A DNA stretch of 64,000 nucleotides from an uncultured Verrucomicrobiae bacterium (GCA_963769025.1 CAVYKI010000003.1:832001-896000); one strand, 5' to 3'. Counted from the stretch's first letter, positions 20,898 through 30,873 are shown. Notes: generated by a model not told the origin, from the letters alone. A program made the numbers and translations.

Positions 20898-22445
20898 ATG
20901 AACCACACAAAAGTCCCCTGTCTGCTTCCCGCCATCCTCGCGCTCACGACCGCCACTGCGCTCGCGGAGGTGAAGCTGCCGCCTGCCATTTCCGATCACA
21001 TGGTGCTTCAGCGGGAAATCGCCGCCCCGATCTGGGGCACGGCTGCGCCGGGCGAAGCGGTCAGCGTTTCCATTTCCGGCCAAACCAAGACCACGAAGGC
21101 GGACGAGAAGGGGGCATGGAAGGTGAAGCTTGATCCGCTGAAGGTCGCCGAGGGGCTCACGCTCACGGTGAAGGGGACGAATACGATCGAGATCAAGGAC
21201 GTGCTCGTGGGCGAAGTTTGGGTTGGTTCGGGCCAGTCGAACATGGACATGCTCGCGAAGAGCTACACCGCGGGAGACCCGGTGCTCGCGAAGGCGGTGG
21301 CGGAGACTTATCCGAAGCTGCGGCTGCTCTCGAAGGGCCGCAAAGGCTGGGAGGAGGCGACGCCGGAGAACAACCCGAATTTTTCCGCGCTGTTGTTCTC
21401 GTTCGGTTTCCGACTGCAGCAGGAGCTGAAGATTCCCGTCGGCATCATGGTCGGCGCGGTGGGCGGCACGCCGTCGGGCTATTGGCTCACGGAGGAAATG
21501 TATCGGAGCGATGCCGCGTGCCAGGCCCAGGTGAAGCTGTTTGCCGCGAACTACGATTTCGACGCGGCGAAGAAGAAATACGACGAGGATCTCGTGAAGT
21601 GGAAGGAAGCCGCCGAGCTGGCGAAGAAGGAAAACAAGAAGGCGCCCGGTGCGCCCCGCCCGCCGAGCAAGGCCGGAGAATCCGGTGGCAAGATCGGCAA
21701 CCTTTACGAGGCGCACATGCGGCCGTACGTCGGCTACGGCATCCGCGGCGTGCTCTGGGATCAGGGCGAGAGCGGGACGGCGATCACGGGCGTGGATCAA
21801 TACACGCTCATGGGCGCGCTCATCCGCGGCTGGCGCAAGGCGTGGGGCCAGGGCGATTTCCCGTTCCTCTACGTGCAAAAGCCGAGCGGCGGCGGACCGG
21901 CGTGGGACTACGAGGATCCCGTGACGAAGAACGCGAGCAAGCTCGTCCCGCAACCTGCCGCGACAAACGGCGATGGCGCCTACCGCGAGACGCACATCAA
22001 GATCGCCAGCTACCCGAACACCGCGATGGTCACCGCCAGCGATCTCGGGAGCGGGATCCATCCGATGAACAAATCCGGATACGGTGCGCGCGCTGCGCGC
22101 GTGGCGCGGGGTTTTGTTTACGGCGAAAATGTCGAATACTACGGCCCGGTGTACGCCTCGCACAAAATCGAGGGCGGCAAGGTGCGGATCCAATTCACGC
22201 ACACCGGCAAGGGTCTCGCCGCGCGCCACGCCGACAAGCTGCAGGGATTCGCCATCGCGGGTGAGGACAAGAGATTCGTATGGGCCGATGCGGTGATCGA
22301 CGGGGACAGCGTGGTCGTCTCCAGCAATGCCGTCGCGAAGCCCGCCGCAGTCCGCTACGCGTGGTCCGGGAATTTTCCGTGGGCGAATCTTTTCAACAAA
22401 GACGGGCTCCCGGCGCAGACTTTCCGCACGGACGACTGGAAGTAG
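20898..22445 (+). CDS. Sialate O-acetylesterase family (SASA) protein
   Basis: SDHMVLQR, GEVWVGSGQSNM, WDQGES, IHPMNK, AVRYAW, NLFNKDGLPA. Confidence 0.9.
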   Translation: MNHTKVPCLLPAILALTTATALAEVKLPPAISDHMVLQREIAAPIWGTAAPGEAVSVSISGQTKTTKADEKGAWKVKLDPLKVAEGLTLTVKGTNTIEIKDVLVGEVWVGSGQSNMDMLAKSYTAGDPVLAKAVAETYPKLRLLSKGRKGWEEATPENNPNFSALLFSFGFRLQQELKIPVGIMVGAVGGTPSGYWLTEEMYRSDAACQAQVKLFAANYDFDAAKKKYDEDLVKWKEAAELAKKENKKAPGAPRPPSKAGESGGKIGNLYEAHMRPYVGYGIRGVLWDQGESGTAITGVDQYTLMGALIRGWRKAWGQGDFPFLYVQKPSGGGPAWDYEDPVTKNASKLVPQPAATNGDGAYRETHIKIASYPNTAMVTASDLGSGIHPMNKSGYGARAARVARGFVYGENVEYYGPVYASHKIEGGKVRIQFTHTGKGLAARHADKLQGFAIAGEDKRFVWADAVIDGDSVVVSSNAVAKPAAVRYAWSGNFPWANLFNKDGLPAQTFRTDDWK

Positions 22446-22545
22446 AGCGCACGCGCCCGAACGCGGCCTGACCTCGTGGCGCGCCGCGGGCGGTTTCGCT
22501 TCTCCGCTTGCAGCGGGTGAGCCTCTGCGCCGTCATGCTCGTCGC

Positions 22546-23391
22546 ATGAAGATCGACTCGCATCACCACTTTTGGAAATACAGTGCCGAGCAATATCCGT
22601 GGATCGGCGACTCGATGGCTGCGTTGCGCCACGACTTTCTGCCGGAGCATTTGAAGGCGGAGATTGCGGCAGCGGGGATCGATGGCGTGATCTCCGTGCA
22701 GGCCCGGCAGAGTGTCAGCGAGACGGAGTGGCTGCTGTCGCTCGCGCATGGGAATGATTTCATCAAGGGCGTCGTCGGCTGGGTGCCTCTCGCGGAGGCA
22801 GGCGTGAGCGAGGTGGTCGGAAAATTTGCGGCGAATCCGAAACTGCGCGCCGTGCGGCATGTGGTGCAGGACGAGCCGGATGATCGGTTCATCCTCGGCG
22901 CGGATTTTAACCGCGGCGTCTCCGTGCTGAAGGACTTTGGCCTTGTGTACGACATCCTGATTCTCGAGCGACAGCTCGCGCCGTCGATCGAGTTTGTGGA
23001 CCGTCATCCGCAGCAGATGTTCGTGCTCGATCACATCGCGAAGCCGCGCATCGCCGAAGGCGCCATCGAGCCTTGGCGCACGGATATCCACGAGCTTGCA
23101 AGGCGGCAGAACGTCTTCTGCAAAGTCTCCGGCATGGTGACCGAGGCGGATTGGAAGACGTGGAGCGCGGAGGAACTGCGACCGTACTTCGATGCCGTGC
23201 TGGAGGCGTTCGGCCCGAAGCGGCTGATGTTCGGCACCGACTGGCCCGTATGCCTCGCGGCCTCCGGTTACGCGCGATGGGTGGATGTGGTCCGCAAGTT
23301 TGCGGCAGAGCTTTCCGCCGAAGAGCAGGATTGGCTGTTCGGCAACACGGCGGTGCAGGCTTACAGCCTCTCGCGCGGCGAACCGGCTTGA
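22546..23391 (+). CDS. Amidohydrolase_2 family, L-fucono/L-rhamnono-lactonase-like
   Basis: IDSHHHFW, GVVGWV, VLDHIAKP, KVSGMVTEA, FGPKRLMFGTDWPVC. Confidence 0.85.
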   Translation: MKIDSHHHFWKYSAEQYPWIGDSMAALRHDFLPEHLKAEIAAAGIDGVISVQARQSVSETEWLLSLAHGNDFIKGVVGWVPLAEAGVSEVVGKFAANPKLRAVRHVVQDEPDDRFILGADFNRGVSVLKDFGLVYDILILERQLAPSIEFVDRHPQQMFVLDHIAKPRIAEGAIEPWRTDIHELARRQNVFCKVSGMVTEADWKTWSAEELRPYFDAVLEAFGPKRLMFGTDWPVCLAASGYARWVDVVRKFAAELSAEEQDWLFGNTAVQAYSLSRGEPA

Positions 23392-23427
23392 AACCACCAC
23401 AGCGCCCGCATCCCGCGCCTCGATTGC

Positions 23428-23979
23428 TCAGATGACCTCGCGATATACGTCCGGGTGCGGGCGCGAGATCACGACGGCATTCACCAGCACTCCAGCTTCG
23501 GCGATGACGGCGCGACCGGCGGCGACGGCAGCCTGAACGGAACTCACATCGCCAGTCAGCGTGCAGAACGCCTTTCCTCCGAGTGCCATCGCGAGGCGGA
23601 CTTCGAGAAGTTGCACATCGGCGGCTTTCGCAGCGGCGTCGGCGGCCTTGATGAGCGTGGCAACATTGAACGACTCGAAGATGCCCAGCGCGCCGGTCGG
23701 CTCGACCGGTGTGGTGCGGCCGATCGCGGTGAGCACGCTTGGATGCAGGTTCGCGATGACGACGTGGTCGATGAGGCAGCCGCCCGCGACTTCGGTCGCG
23801 GTGGCGATGGCGGCCTCGACGCTCGCGGTGTCCCCTGCGACGAGGACCATGTATTTCCCCGAACAGATGGAACGCGAAAGCATGAGCTTCACGTTGCCCG
23901 CCTTGAGCGCGGAGTCCGCGACGCAGAATCCGGACGCGATGCTGGAAAGTTCGATGAGGCCTACGGACTTGTCGTTCAT
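23428..23979 (-). CDS. pduT: Tandem-domain BMC shell protein (BMC-T), PduT-like
   Basis: GLIELSSIASG, ICSGKY with the conserved Cys, second domain GIFE...ADAAAKAADV...LGGKAF, VISRPH. Confidence 0.85.
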   Translation of the reverse strand: MNDKSVGLIELSSIASGFCVADSALKAGNVKLMLSRSICSGKYMVLVAGDTASVEAAIATATEVAGGCLIDHVVIANLHPSVLTAIGRTTPVEPTGALGIFESFNVATLIKAADAAAKAADVQLLEVRLAMALGGKAFCTLTGDVSSVQAAVAAGRAVIAEAGVLVNAVVISRPHPDVYREVI

Positions 23980-25292
23980 TGCTTGGAAAGCGTGATGCGA
24001 TCCGCAAAGACCGCCGTGACGGTTGCCGCGAAAGGCGCATGGATGATCGCGCCGAGGGCATTTGGCGCGGGTTCGGAAATGGGCTGCCCGGCTTTCACCA
24101 ACTCGCCGGCTTTCACGAGCGGCACGGTGGGCCCGCCGGCGCTTTGTTTCAGCGGGAGGACGACCTTCTTCGCCTCGACAACGCCCGCGCGGAGCGGCGC
24201 CTGGCTGTCGTATTGCTCGATGTGCATCTTCTTCATCAGCGTCTTGATCGGCACGTGCCGTCCGTCGCGCATCGGGTGGACTTTGATGTCCGTTTTTCCG
24301 GTCCACTTGAAATTCTGCTTCCGCAACACGGCCTTCGAGTCGTCGCACGCTTCCTTCGGATACAGCTCCTCGGGGCACGCGTAGAGCGTGCAAAGGCCGC
24401 ACGAACAGCAGAGCGCGGCCCATTCGTTAAAGCGCTCCGAGCCCGTGCCGGTGAACGCGAGCGTGCGCATGACCTGGTGCGGCTCGACCTGGTAGCCGAG
24501 CAAAAAGCGCGGGCAAAATTCCGTGCAGTAACGGCACTGGTCGCACGCCGACTTGCCGATCGCGGCCTGTGTCTTCGCGGGCTTGAACTTCTTCTCCATC
24601 ACGTGATGCGTGCGCGGCAGGATGATGGCGCCGGTGCTCGTCTTCACCACGGGCCGGTCAAGATCGTCGGTCGTCTCCCCCATCATGAGTCCGCCGATGG
24701 CGAGCACGGGATCATCGCACGTCGCACCGCCCGCGGCCTCGATGCACTCGCGGTAACTGATTCCGATCGGCACGGTGAGCGATACCGGCTCACCGACCGC
24801 GCCGGCGATGGTGATTGTCTTGTGCGTGACCGGCTTTCCGTCCACAGCCTGCGCGATGTTTGCGAGCGTCTCGACGTTGTTGACGATTGCTCCGACGTGG
24901 ATCGGCAGTCCCGCGGGCGGGATGAGTTTCCCGGTGACGGTGTAAACGAGATCGTACTCGTCGCCCGCCGGGTAAAAGTCACCGAGCAACTGCACCCGCA
25001 CGCGCGTCCCCTTGCATGCATCCTCGATCGCTTCGACGGCTTTCTTCTTCTTCGCCTTGATGCCGATCACGCCTTCGTTCGCCCCGGTCGCAGCCATGCT
25101 CAGCTCGACGCCTCGGACAACGTCAGCCGCGTAATGTTCCATCACTGCCGCATCCTTGTGCAGCAGCGGCTCACACTCCGCGCCGTTGGCGATGATGATC
25201 TCGGCCTTCGAGCCGAGCTTCACATGCGCCGGAAATCCGCCGCCACCCGCACCGACAACACCAGCGAGCCGGACTTGATCGACGAGTGACAT
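23976..25292 (-). CDS. pduS: PduS/RnfC-like flavin- and Fe-S-containing oxidoreductase
   Basis: GVVGAGGGGFP, ANGAECEPLL, YPAGDE, CDQCRYCTEFCP, CCSCGLCTLYACP. Confidence 0.88.
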   Translation of the reverse strand: MSLVDQVRLAGVVGAGGGGFPAHVKLGSKAEIIIANGAECEPLLHKDAAVMEHYAADVVRGVELSMAATGANEGVIGIKAKKKKAVEAIEDACKGTRVRVQLLGDFYPAGDEYDLVYTVTGKLIPPAGLPIHVGAIVNNVETLANIAQAVDGKPVTHKTITIAGAVGEPVSLTVPIGISYRECIEAAGGATCDDPVLAIGGLMMGETTDDLDRPVVKTSTGAIILPRTHHVMEKKFKPAKTQAAIGKSACDQCRYCTEFCPRFLLGYQVEPHQVMRTLAFTGTGSERFNEWAALCCSCGLCTLYACPEELYPKEACDDSKAVLRKQNFKWTGKTDIKVHPMRDGRHVPIKTLMKKMHIEQYDSQAPLRAGVVEAKKVVLPLKQSAGGPTVPLVKAGELVKAGQPISEPAPNALGAIIHAPFAATVTAVFADRITLSKQ

Positions 25293-25301
25293 GCCCTGCG
25301 C

Positions 25302-26378
25302 CTACTTTTTCAGATTCGCGACGATTTCGTCGGTGAGCTTCTGCACGAGCGCTTCGATCTCGGCATCGCTCGATGGCGACGCCATTCGTCATCGGATTGA
25401 ACGGCGTGACCGGCGATGAGCAGCCGTGCGAGCCGCACATCTGCGTCCACGGATCGACTTCGCAGAGGCCGGCGGGCTTGAGGTCGTAGCGGTCGTCGGG
25501 GAGGCCGAGGCTCTTCTTGATGTTGAGCAATTCGGGCAGCTTGTCGCACGGGATCGACGCGCTGCCGGGAATGGCCTGCGCGAGGATGACCGTGCGGCAA
25601 TACGCGTCGGTGATCTCCATTTTGAAATACGCGTCCTCGACCGACTTGCCCCAGCAGATCACGCCGTGGTTGCCCATGAGGATGGACTGGTGCTTCGGCG
25701 CGAGCGGGAAAATCTCCGCGGCGATCTCCGGCGAACCGGGCGTCTTGTAAGGCGTGTAGGCGACCGTGCCGACGAACACTTCCAGTTCGGGAATCAGGCG
25801 CGGCGGCGGCTGCATGCCCTTGATGGCGAATGCGCCCGCGTGGACCGGATGCGCGTGGCACACGCTCACGGCCTCGGGCGTGGAATGGAAGATGGCCATG
25901 TGCGTGGTGATTTCGCTGGAGCGCTTCCACGTGCCGCCGAGCTGCTTTCCCTTGCCATCGACCATGCACATCATGTCGGGCGTCATGAAGCCCTTGCTCA
26001 CGCCGGTCGGCGTGCAGATGAAGCGATCCGGGCCGAGCCGCGCGGAGATGTTGCCGCCGTTGCCGTCGCAATATTCGCGCGCCCAGATGCGGCGTCCGAT
26101 GTCGCAGATCTGTTCCTTGATCGTCGTTCGCTTCCTTCGAGGCGAAAAGGCGACGTCATCCGCGCTGTAGGCCGGATGCTCCGGCGGCAGGCGCGGGTGC
26201 AGCGGCGCGTGCGTCACCGCCAGGGCGACTGCGCGGCTCCGTCGTAAACGACCTTTATGCCCGCCTCGGTGAAGATGTCCTTCGCGCCGGGCGTGAGGCG
26301 CGTTTCGCCGTTCTGCCGGAATTCCTTCGCGCCGGTTTTGACAAAGTCTGCGGCTTCTTTTTGTGCGATGAGTTTCAT
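25302..26378 (-). CDS. Class II aldolase (fuculose/rhamnulose-1-phosphate aldolase-like) of the microcompartment; frameshifted at both ends
   Basis: GNGGNIS, TPTGVSKG, SSE..THM, HAHPVHA, PYKTPGS, MGNHG; C-terminal amphipathic EIEALVQKLTDEIVANLKK. Confidence 0.88.
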
Positions 26379-26381
26379 AGT

Positions 26382-26659
26382 TTATTCCTTGTAGAAAAAT
26401 TCGTCGACGAGCGCGGCGCAGTAGGCGTCCACGGGGGTTGGCTTCTCGAATGGGCACGCGGCCTCGCGGCCTTCGCTGATCGCGATCTGCTGCCCGACGC
26501 CCGCGCCGAGCTGATCGTAGACGACGATCGCCGGGTCATGCTTCTCGCGCCGCCGAAAGTGTCCGTCTTCCACGGCAGCGTCAGCAGGAGCCGCTCGCCG
26601 ATGTATTTCTTCGAGCGCACGGAAAGTGTGACGCGGCCGATGACGGTGCCCATTCTCAT
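26382..26659 (-). CDS. EutN/CcmL BMC vertex pentamer (frameshifted)
   Basis: MRMGTVIGRVTLS then, in a shifted frame, VYDQLGAGVGQQIAISEGREA...PVDAYCAALVD. Confidence 0.85.
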
Positions 26660-26919
26660 AGCGCGAGGCTCCTCTCCGGATCGATGATGCCCATCACGGA
26701 CCAGCGCGCCGGACTGCGTTCGTCGCCGACCATCTTGCGCGCCTCGCTGCCGTCGCTGGAGATCATCACCTTCTGCCCGATGCCCGCGCCGAGGGAATCG
26801 AGCACGATCTGCGGTGCGAGATCCGGACTCTCAGGGATCGCGATGAGCAGCCGCCAGCCATCGAGGCTTTTGTGCTTCACCGTCGATGTGACGTGTCCCT
26901 TGATCGTCGCTAAGCGCAT
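26656..26919 (-). CDS. EutN/CcmL BMC vertex pentamer
   Basis: MRLATIKGHVTSTVKHKSL, DSLGAGIGQKVMISSDG, GIID. Confidence 0.9.
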   Translation of the reverse strand: MRLATIKGHVTSTVKHKSLDGWRLLIAIPESPDLAPQIVLDSLGAGIGQKVMISSDGSEARKMVGDERSPARWSVMGIIDPERSLAL

Positions 26920-26927
26920 TGGGGCAT

Positions 26928-28358
26928 TTAGAAAAGGTTCAGGTTTTCCACCATCACGCAGCGGCGCGAGCGGGTGAACGTCATGGGCGTGGTGACGCCT
27001 TCGCCGGTCGGCGTGGCGACGCTGAAGCTCAGGAAGCCTTCGCCGCCGAGACCGAGGCCGGTCATGCACGGGCCGTTCTTGATGAATAGCGTGGTGTCCA
27101 CGACCTGCGCCATCTTGGTGAGGTTGCGGATGTTCTGCGAATGCATGATCGCCGTGTGCTTGTAGTTGTGTTCGGCCTTGATCGCTTCCGCGATGGCGAC
27201 GTCCACATTCGGCACGCGCACGACGGGGATGAAGGGCATCATCTGCTCCTCATCGACGAAAATGTGGTCCGCCTTCGTCTCGCCGAAGAGGAGCTGCGTG
27301 GACGGCGGGACGTCGAGGCCGATGGCCTTCGCGAGCACCGCGGCGTCGCGGCCCACGAGGTCGCGGTTCACGACCGGATGCGGGCAGCCCGCGCCTTTTC
27401 CCTGCGGGAAAACGAACGCCTTTTCCGCGAGCGCCTCGATCTGCCTGGCGTCGAGTTGCACGGCTCCGGCGCGCTTCAGCGCGGCCATCAGTTTGTCCGC
27501 GACGGCTTCGACGACGAACACTTCCTTTTCGCCGATGCAGAGCAGGTTGTTGTCGTAGCTCGCACCCTGGATGATGCACTTCGCTGCGTGATCGAGGTCG
27601 GCGGTTTCGTCGACGACGACCGGCGGATTTCCGGGCCCGGCGCAAATCGCGCGCTTGCCGACTTTCATCGCCGCCGCGACGACCGCGGGGCCGCCGGTGA
27701 CGCAGAGCAGCCGCACCTTCGGGTGCTTGCACATGATGTCGAAGGTTTCGAGCGTCGGCTTCACCACGGTGGTCAGCAGGTCGCTGATGCCGGTCTCCTG
27801 GAAAATCGCCTCATTATAGCCGCGCACCGCGAGCGCCGCCACGTTGCACGCGGCGGGATGCGTGTTGAAGACCGCGGCATTGCCGGCGGCGATCATGTTG
27901 ATCGCATTGCCCGTGAGCGTCGGGACGCTGTGCGTCGAGGGAGTCACCGCACCGACAACTCCCCACGGCGCGAAATCCACAATCGTCAGGCCGAAGTCGC
28001 CGCTGAAAGCCATGCGCTCGAGGAACTCGACGCCGGGCACGAGGTCGCCGCAAATCTTGAGCTTCTCGATCTTGTGATCGAGGCGGCCGATTTTCGTCTC
28101 GGCCATTTCGATTTCGCCCCACTCCTTCGCCTTCGCGACGCACATCTTGCGGATGACATTGATCGCCTTGCGCCGCGCGGACACGCCGAGTTCGCGCAGC
28201 TTTTCAAAGGAGCGATGCGCCGCCTCGCACGCGTCTTCCATTTTCTCATACACGCCAAACGCGGTCTTCGAGGAAGGCGCGGCCTTTGTCTGCGAGGCGA
28301 GGCGGGCGAGCACTTCGCTCACCACTTTGGATACCAGTTTTTCGTCAATCATTGCCAT
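26928..28358 (-). CDS. CoA-acylating aldehyde dehydrogenase (EutE/PduP family)
   Basis: ETKIGR, PWGVVGAVTPST, TGGPAVV, GPGNPP, DNNLLCIGEKE, TPTGEG; N-terminal encapsulation-peptide-like helix. Confidence 0.93.
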   Translation of the reverse strand: MAMIDEKLVSKVVSEVLARLASQTKAAPSSKTAFGVYEKMEDACEAAHRSFEKLRELGVSARRKAINVIRKMCVAKAKEWGEIEMAETKIGRLDHKIEKLKICGDLVPGVEFLERMAFSGDFGLTIVDFAPWGVVGAVTPSTHSVPTLTGNAINMIAAGNAAVFNTHPAACNVAALAVRGYNEAIFQETGISDLLTTVVKPTLETFDIMCKHPKVRLLCVTGGPAVVAAAMKVGKRAICAGPGNPPVVVDETADLDHAAKCIIQGASYDNNLLCIGEKEVFVVEAVADKLMAALKRAGAVQLDARQIEALAEKAFVFPQGKGAGCPHPVVNRDLVGRDAAVLAKAIGLDVPPSTQLLFGETKADHIFVDEEQMMPFIPVVRVPNVDVAIAEAIKAEHNYKHTAIMHSQNIRNLTKMAQVVDTTLFIKNGPCMTGLGLGGEGFLSFSVATPTGEGVTTPMTFTRSRRCVMVENLNLF

Positions 28359-28379
28359 GTGAAGTCAGTTTAGAAGTTG

Positions 28380-28464
28380 GCCCGCGAAAGACGCGAAAGG
28401 ACGCGAAAATTTCGGGGAGATGTTGATGGAATTCATTTCGCGCATTTTCGCGTGTTGCGCGGGC
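28380..28464. repeat. Intergenic CGCGAAA-type palindrome, copy A
   Basis: gcccgcgaaagacgcgaaaggacgcgaaa ... tttcgcgcattttcgcgtgttgcgcgggc. Confidence 0.75.
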
Positions 28465-28470
28465 ACGAAG

Positions 28471-28779
28471 TCACTGCGCTTTGAACAGGATGTGTTTGCC
28501 GACATCCACGGTGTCCACGATGCCGATCACGACGGCATCCACGGGCGAATCCTTGTCGTCAGCCGCGAGCCGCGCGGAGCTGCCCTGCACGATGAGGACG
28601 ATTTCGCCTTCCCCCGCGCCGAGGGTGTCCGTGACCACGAGCGTGCTCGTGCCGGGCTTCCATTCCTTGGCCGTCGGCGAATCAATCACAAGCGGACGCA
28701 CGAGGAGAAACTTGTTCCCCGTCATCTTCTTGTTCTTCTTCGTCGCGACGACGCTGCCTTCTACGCGGGCTAAAATCAT
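28471..28779 (-). CDS. EutN/CcmL BMC vertex pentamer
   Basis: MILARVEGSVVATKK, DTLGAGEGE, QGSSAR, PVDAVVIGIVD. Confidence 0.93.
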   Translation of the reverse strand: MILARVEGSVVATKKNKKMTGNKFLLVRPLVIDSPTAKEWKPGTSTLVVTDTLGAGEGEIVLIVQGSSARLAADDKDSPVDAVVIGIVDTVDVGKHILFKAQ

Positions 28780-28792
28780 GGTCTGAGTTTGT

Positions 28793-28873
28793 GCCCGTGA
28801 AATACGCGGAAATTGCGAAATGGATTCAGGCAAAAGCCCCGCCCTTTTCGTGTCATTTCGTGTGTTTCGCGGG
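28793..28873. repeat. Intergenic CGCGAAA-type palindrome, copy B
   Basis: cccgtgaaatacgcggaaattgcgaaa ... tttcgtgtcatttcgtgtgtttcgcggg. Confidence 0.7.
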
Positions 28874-28880
28874 TGTCAAA

Positions 28881-29162
28881 TTACTTCGCCTTCGGGAGCA
28901 CTGCGACGAGATCGCCGTGCGGGCGCGCGATGACGCTGATGCTGACGATTTCGCCGAGGCCTTGCGCGGCGATCTTGCCGGCTTCGGTCGCGGCTTTCAC
29001 GGCGGCGACATCGCCGGTGACGCAGACGGTCACCATTGCGTTGCCGACCTGGGTGATGGGGCCGACGAGTTCGACGTTGGCGGATTTGAGCATCGCGTCC
29101 GTCGCTTCGACGAGTGCGACGAGGCCGCGGGTTTCGATGAGTCCGATTGCTTGTTGTGCCAT
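28881..29162 (-). CDS. BMC hexamer shell protein (BMC-H)
   Basis: [35 protein letters not shown]. Confidence 0.95.
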   Translation of the reverse strand: MAQQAIGLIETRGLVALVEATDAMLKSANVELVGPITQVGNAMVTVCVTGDVAAVKAATEAGKIAAQGLGEIVSISVIARPHGDLVAVLPKAK

Positions 29163-29225
29163 ATGATTAGTTGAATGTTGAGGGTTGAGTGTTGAGAGAC
29201 GCGCGAGCGAACTCCGGTTGTTTGG

Positions 29226-30410
29226 TTAGTTGCTGGTTGAAAGTTTTGCCCACGCGTTGCGGGCGATGATGATTTCCTCGTTCGTCGGAATGACGCGCAC
29301 TTCGATCTTCGAGCGCGGCGTGGAGATAACGGCTTCGTCGGCGCGCGTGCGGTTGTTTGCGTCGCGGTCGAGTTCGAGGCCGCAGAATTCGAGGTTCGCG
29401 CAGATTTTCTCGCGGAGGATCGGGTTGTTCTCGGCGATGCCTGCGGTGAAAATGAGGACGTCGGCGCCGTTCAGCTCGACAAGGAACTGGCCGATGTATT
29501 TGCGGATCGCGGCGACGAATACATCGAGCGCGATGGACGCGTCGGCGTTGCCTTTCGCGGCTGCGTCGAGCAAGTCGCGGATGTCGCCGGTCGCGAGGCC
29601 GGAAAGGCCTTTGAGGCCGGACTGCGAGGTCAGCGCCTTTTCCACGGCATCAATGCCGAGGCCGAGGTCACGGGCGAGGTAGATGAGCGCGAAGCAGTCG
29701 AAATCGCCCACGCGGTTGTTTTGCGGCAGTCCGCTCTGCGGCGTCATGCCCCAGCTCGAATCAATGGCCTTTCCATCGCGCACTGCGGCGATGGATGAAC
29801 TGCCGCCGAGGTGGCAGGAGATGATGCGCAGCTTGTCCGTGCCGCGCAGTTCCGCGCAGCGCTGCGAGACGAAGCGATGGCTCGCGCCGTGGAATCCGTA
29901 GCGCCGGATGCCGTATTTCGTCTCCCATTCGCGCGGGACCGGGTAGCGCACGTTTTCCACCGGCACCTCGTCGTAAAATGCGGTCTCGAATGTGCCGATG
30001 CACGGGAGCTTCGGGTGCGATTTGTGGAAGCTGCGCACCGCCGCGACGTACGGCGGATTGTGCGCAGGCAGAAGCGTGTTGATTTCCTCCATCGCGCGTA
30101 GCACGGGCTCCGCGAGCACCTGCGTGCCCGAGATACCGCGGGCCATCACCGGCTTGAAGCCGACCGCCGCGAGTTCGCCGAACCCGCCGAGCATTTTTTC
30201 GACGAGCGCGATCGCTGCACCGTGGTCGGGCAAGGCGGTCGTGCCGCTTTGCTCCGGCTCGCTGCCGATCTGCGCCTTCCACGGCGACTCCGCGCTGCCG
30301 ATCCGCTCCACGCCACCCTTCGCCAGCACGCGCTCGGAGGGCATCTCGATCAAGCGGAACTTGAACGAGGTGCTGCCGATGTTGGCGACGAGGATTTTGT
30401 TTGGCGTCAT
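29226..30410 (-). CDS. ackA: Acetate/propionate kinase
   Basis: NIGSTSFKF, PAHNP, RRYGFHGASH, CHLGGSSS, FTAGIAEN, IPTNEE. Confidence 0.93.
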   Translation of the reverse strand: MTPNKILVANIGSTSFKFRLIEMPSERVLAKGGVERIGSAESPWKAQIGSEPEQSGTTALPDHGAAIALVEKMLGGFGELAAVGFKPVMARGISGTQVLAEPVLRAMEEINTLLPAHNPPYVAAVRSFHKSHPKLPCIGTFETAFYDEVPVENVRYPVPREWETKYGIRRYGFHGASHRFVSQRCAELRGTDKLRIISCHLGGSSSIAAVRDGKAIDSSWGMTPQSGLPQNNRVGDFDCFALIYLARDLGLGIDAVEKALTSQSGLKGLSGLATGDIRDLLDAAAKGNADASIALDVFVAAIRKYIGQFLVELNGADVLIFTAGIAENNPILREKICANLEFCGLELDRDANNRTRADEAVISTPRSKIEVRVIPTNEEIIIARNAWAKLSTSN

Positions 30411-30417
30411 GGATTTG

Positions 30418-30513
30418 GCCCGCGAAAGGCGCGAAAAAGCGCGGAAGGAGGTTTGTTGTCAGTTGGCGATCTGTTCCGGAAACCTTTCGCGATCTTTCGC
30501 GTGTTTCGCGGGC
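30418..30513. repeat. Intergenic CGCGAAA-type palindrome, copy C
   Basis: gcccgcgaaaggcgcgaaaaagcgcggaa ... tttcgcgatctttcgcgtgtttcgcgggc. Confidence 0.75.
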
Positions 30514-30528
30514 ACAGATGCCCGGTGT

Positions 30529-30834
30529 TTACTTCGCGGGTCCGTTCACCGGCTTTCCGCCGAGGAATTTCCCGAGACCGTGCAGGTCGTCGTGCGGACG
30601 CGGGATCACGTGGACGGCGACGACTTCGCCGATCGCGGTCGCTGCGGTCGCGCCAGCTTCGACGGCGGCCTTCACCGCGGCGACGTCGCCTTTCACAAAG
30701 ACGGTCACGTAGCCCGAGCCGACTTTTTCCCAGCCGATGAGTTCCACATTCGCGGCCTTCGTCATTGCGTCAGTTGCTTCGAACTGCGCGACGAGACCCT
30801 TGGTTTCGATCATTCCGATTGCTTGTCCAGCCAT
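30529..30834 (-). CDS. BMC hexamer shell protein (BMC-H)
   Basis: [37 protein letters not shown]. Confidence 0.95.
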   Translation of the reverse strand: MAGQAIGMIETKGLVAQFEATDAMTKAANVELIGWEKVGSGYVTVFVKGDVAAVKAAVEAGATAATAIGEVVAVHVIPRPHDDLHGLGKFLGGKPVNGPAK

Positions 30835-30873
30835 AGTATTTGAGAGGTAAAAGTTGAGTGTTGAGAGGCGTGT

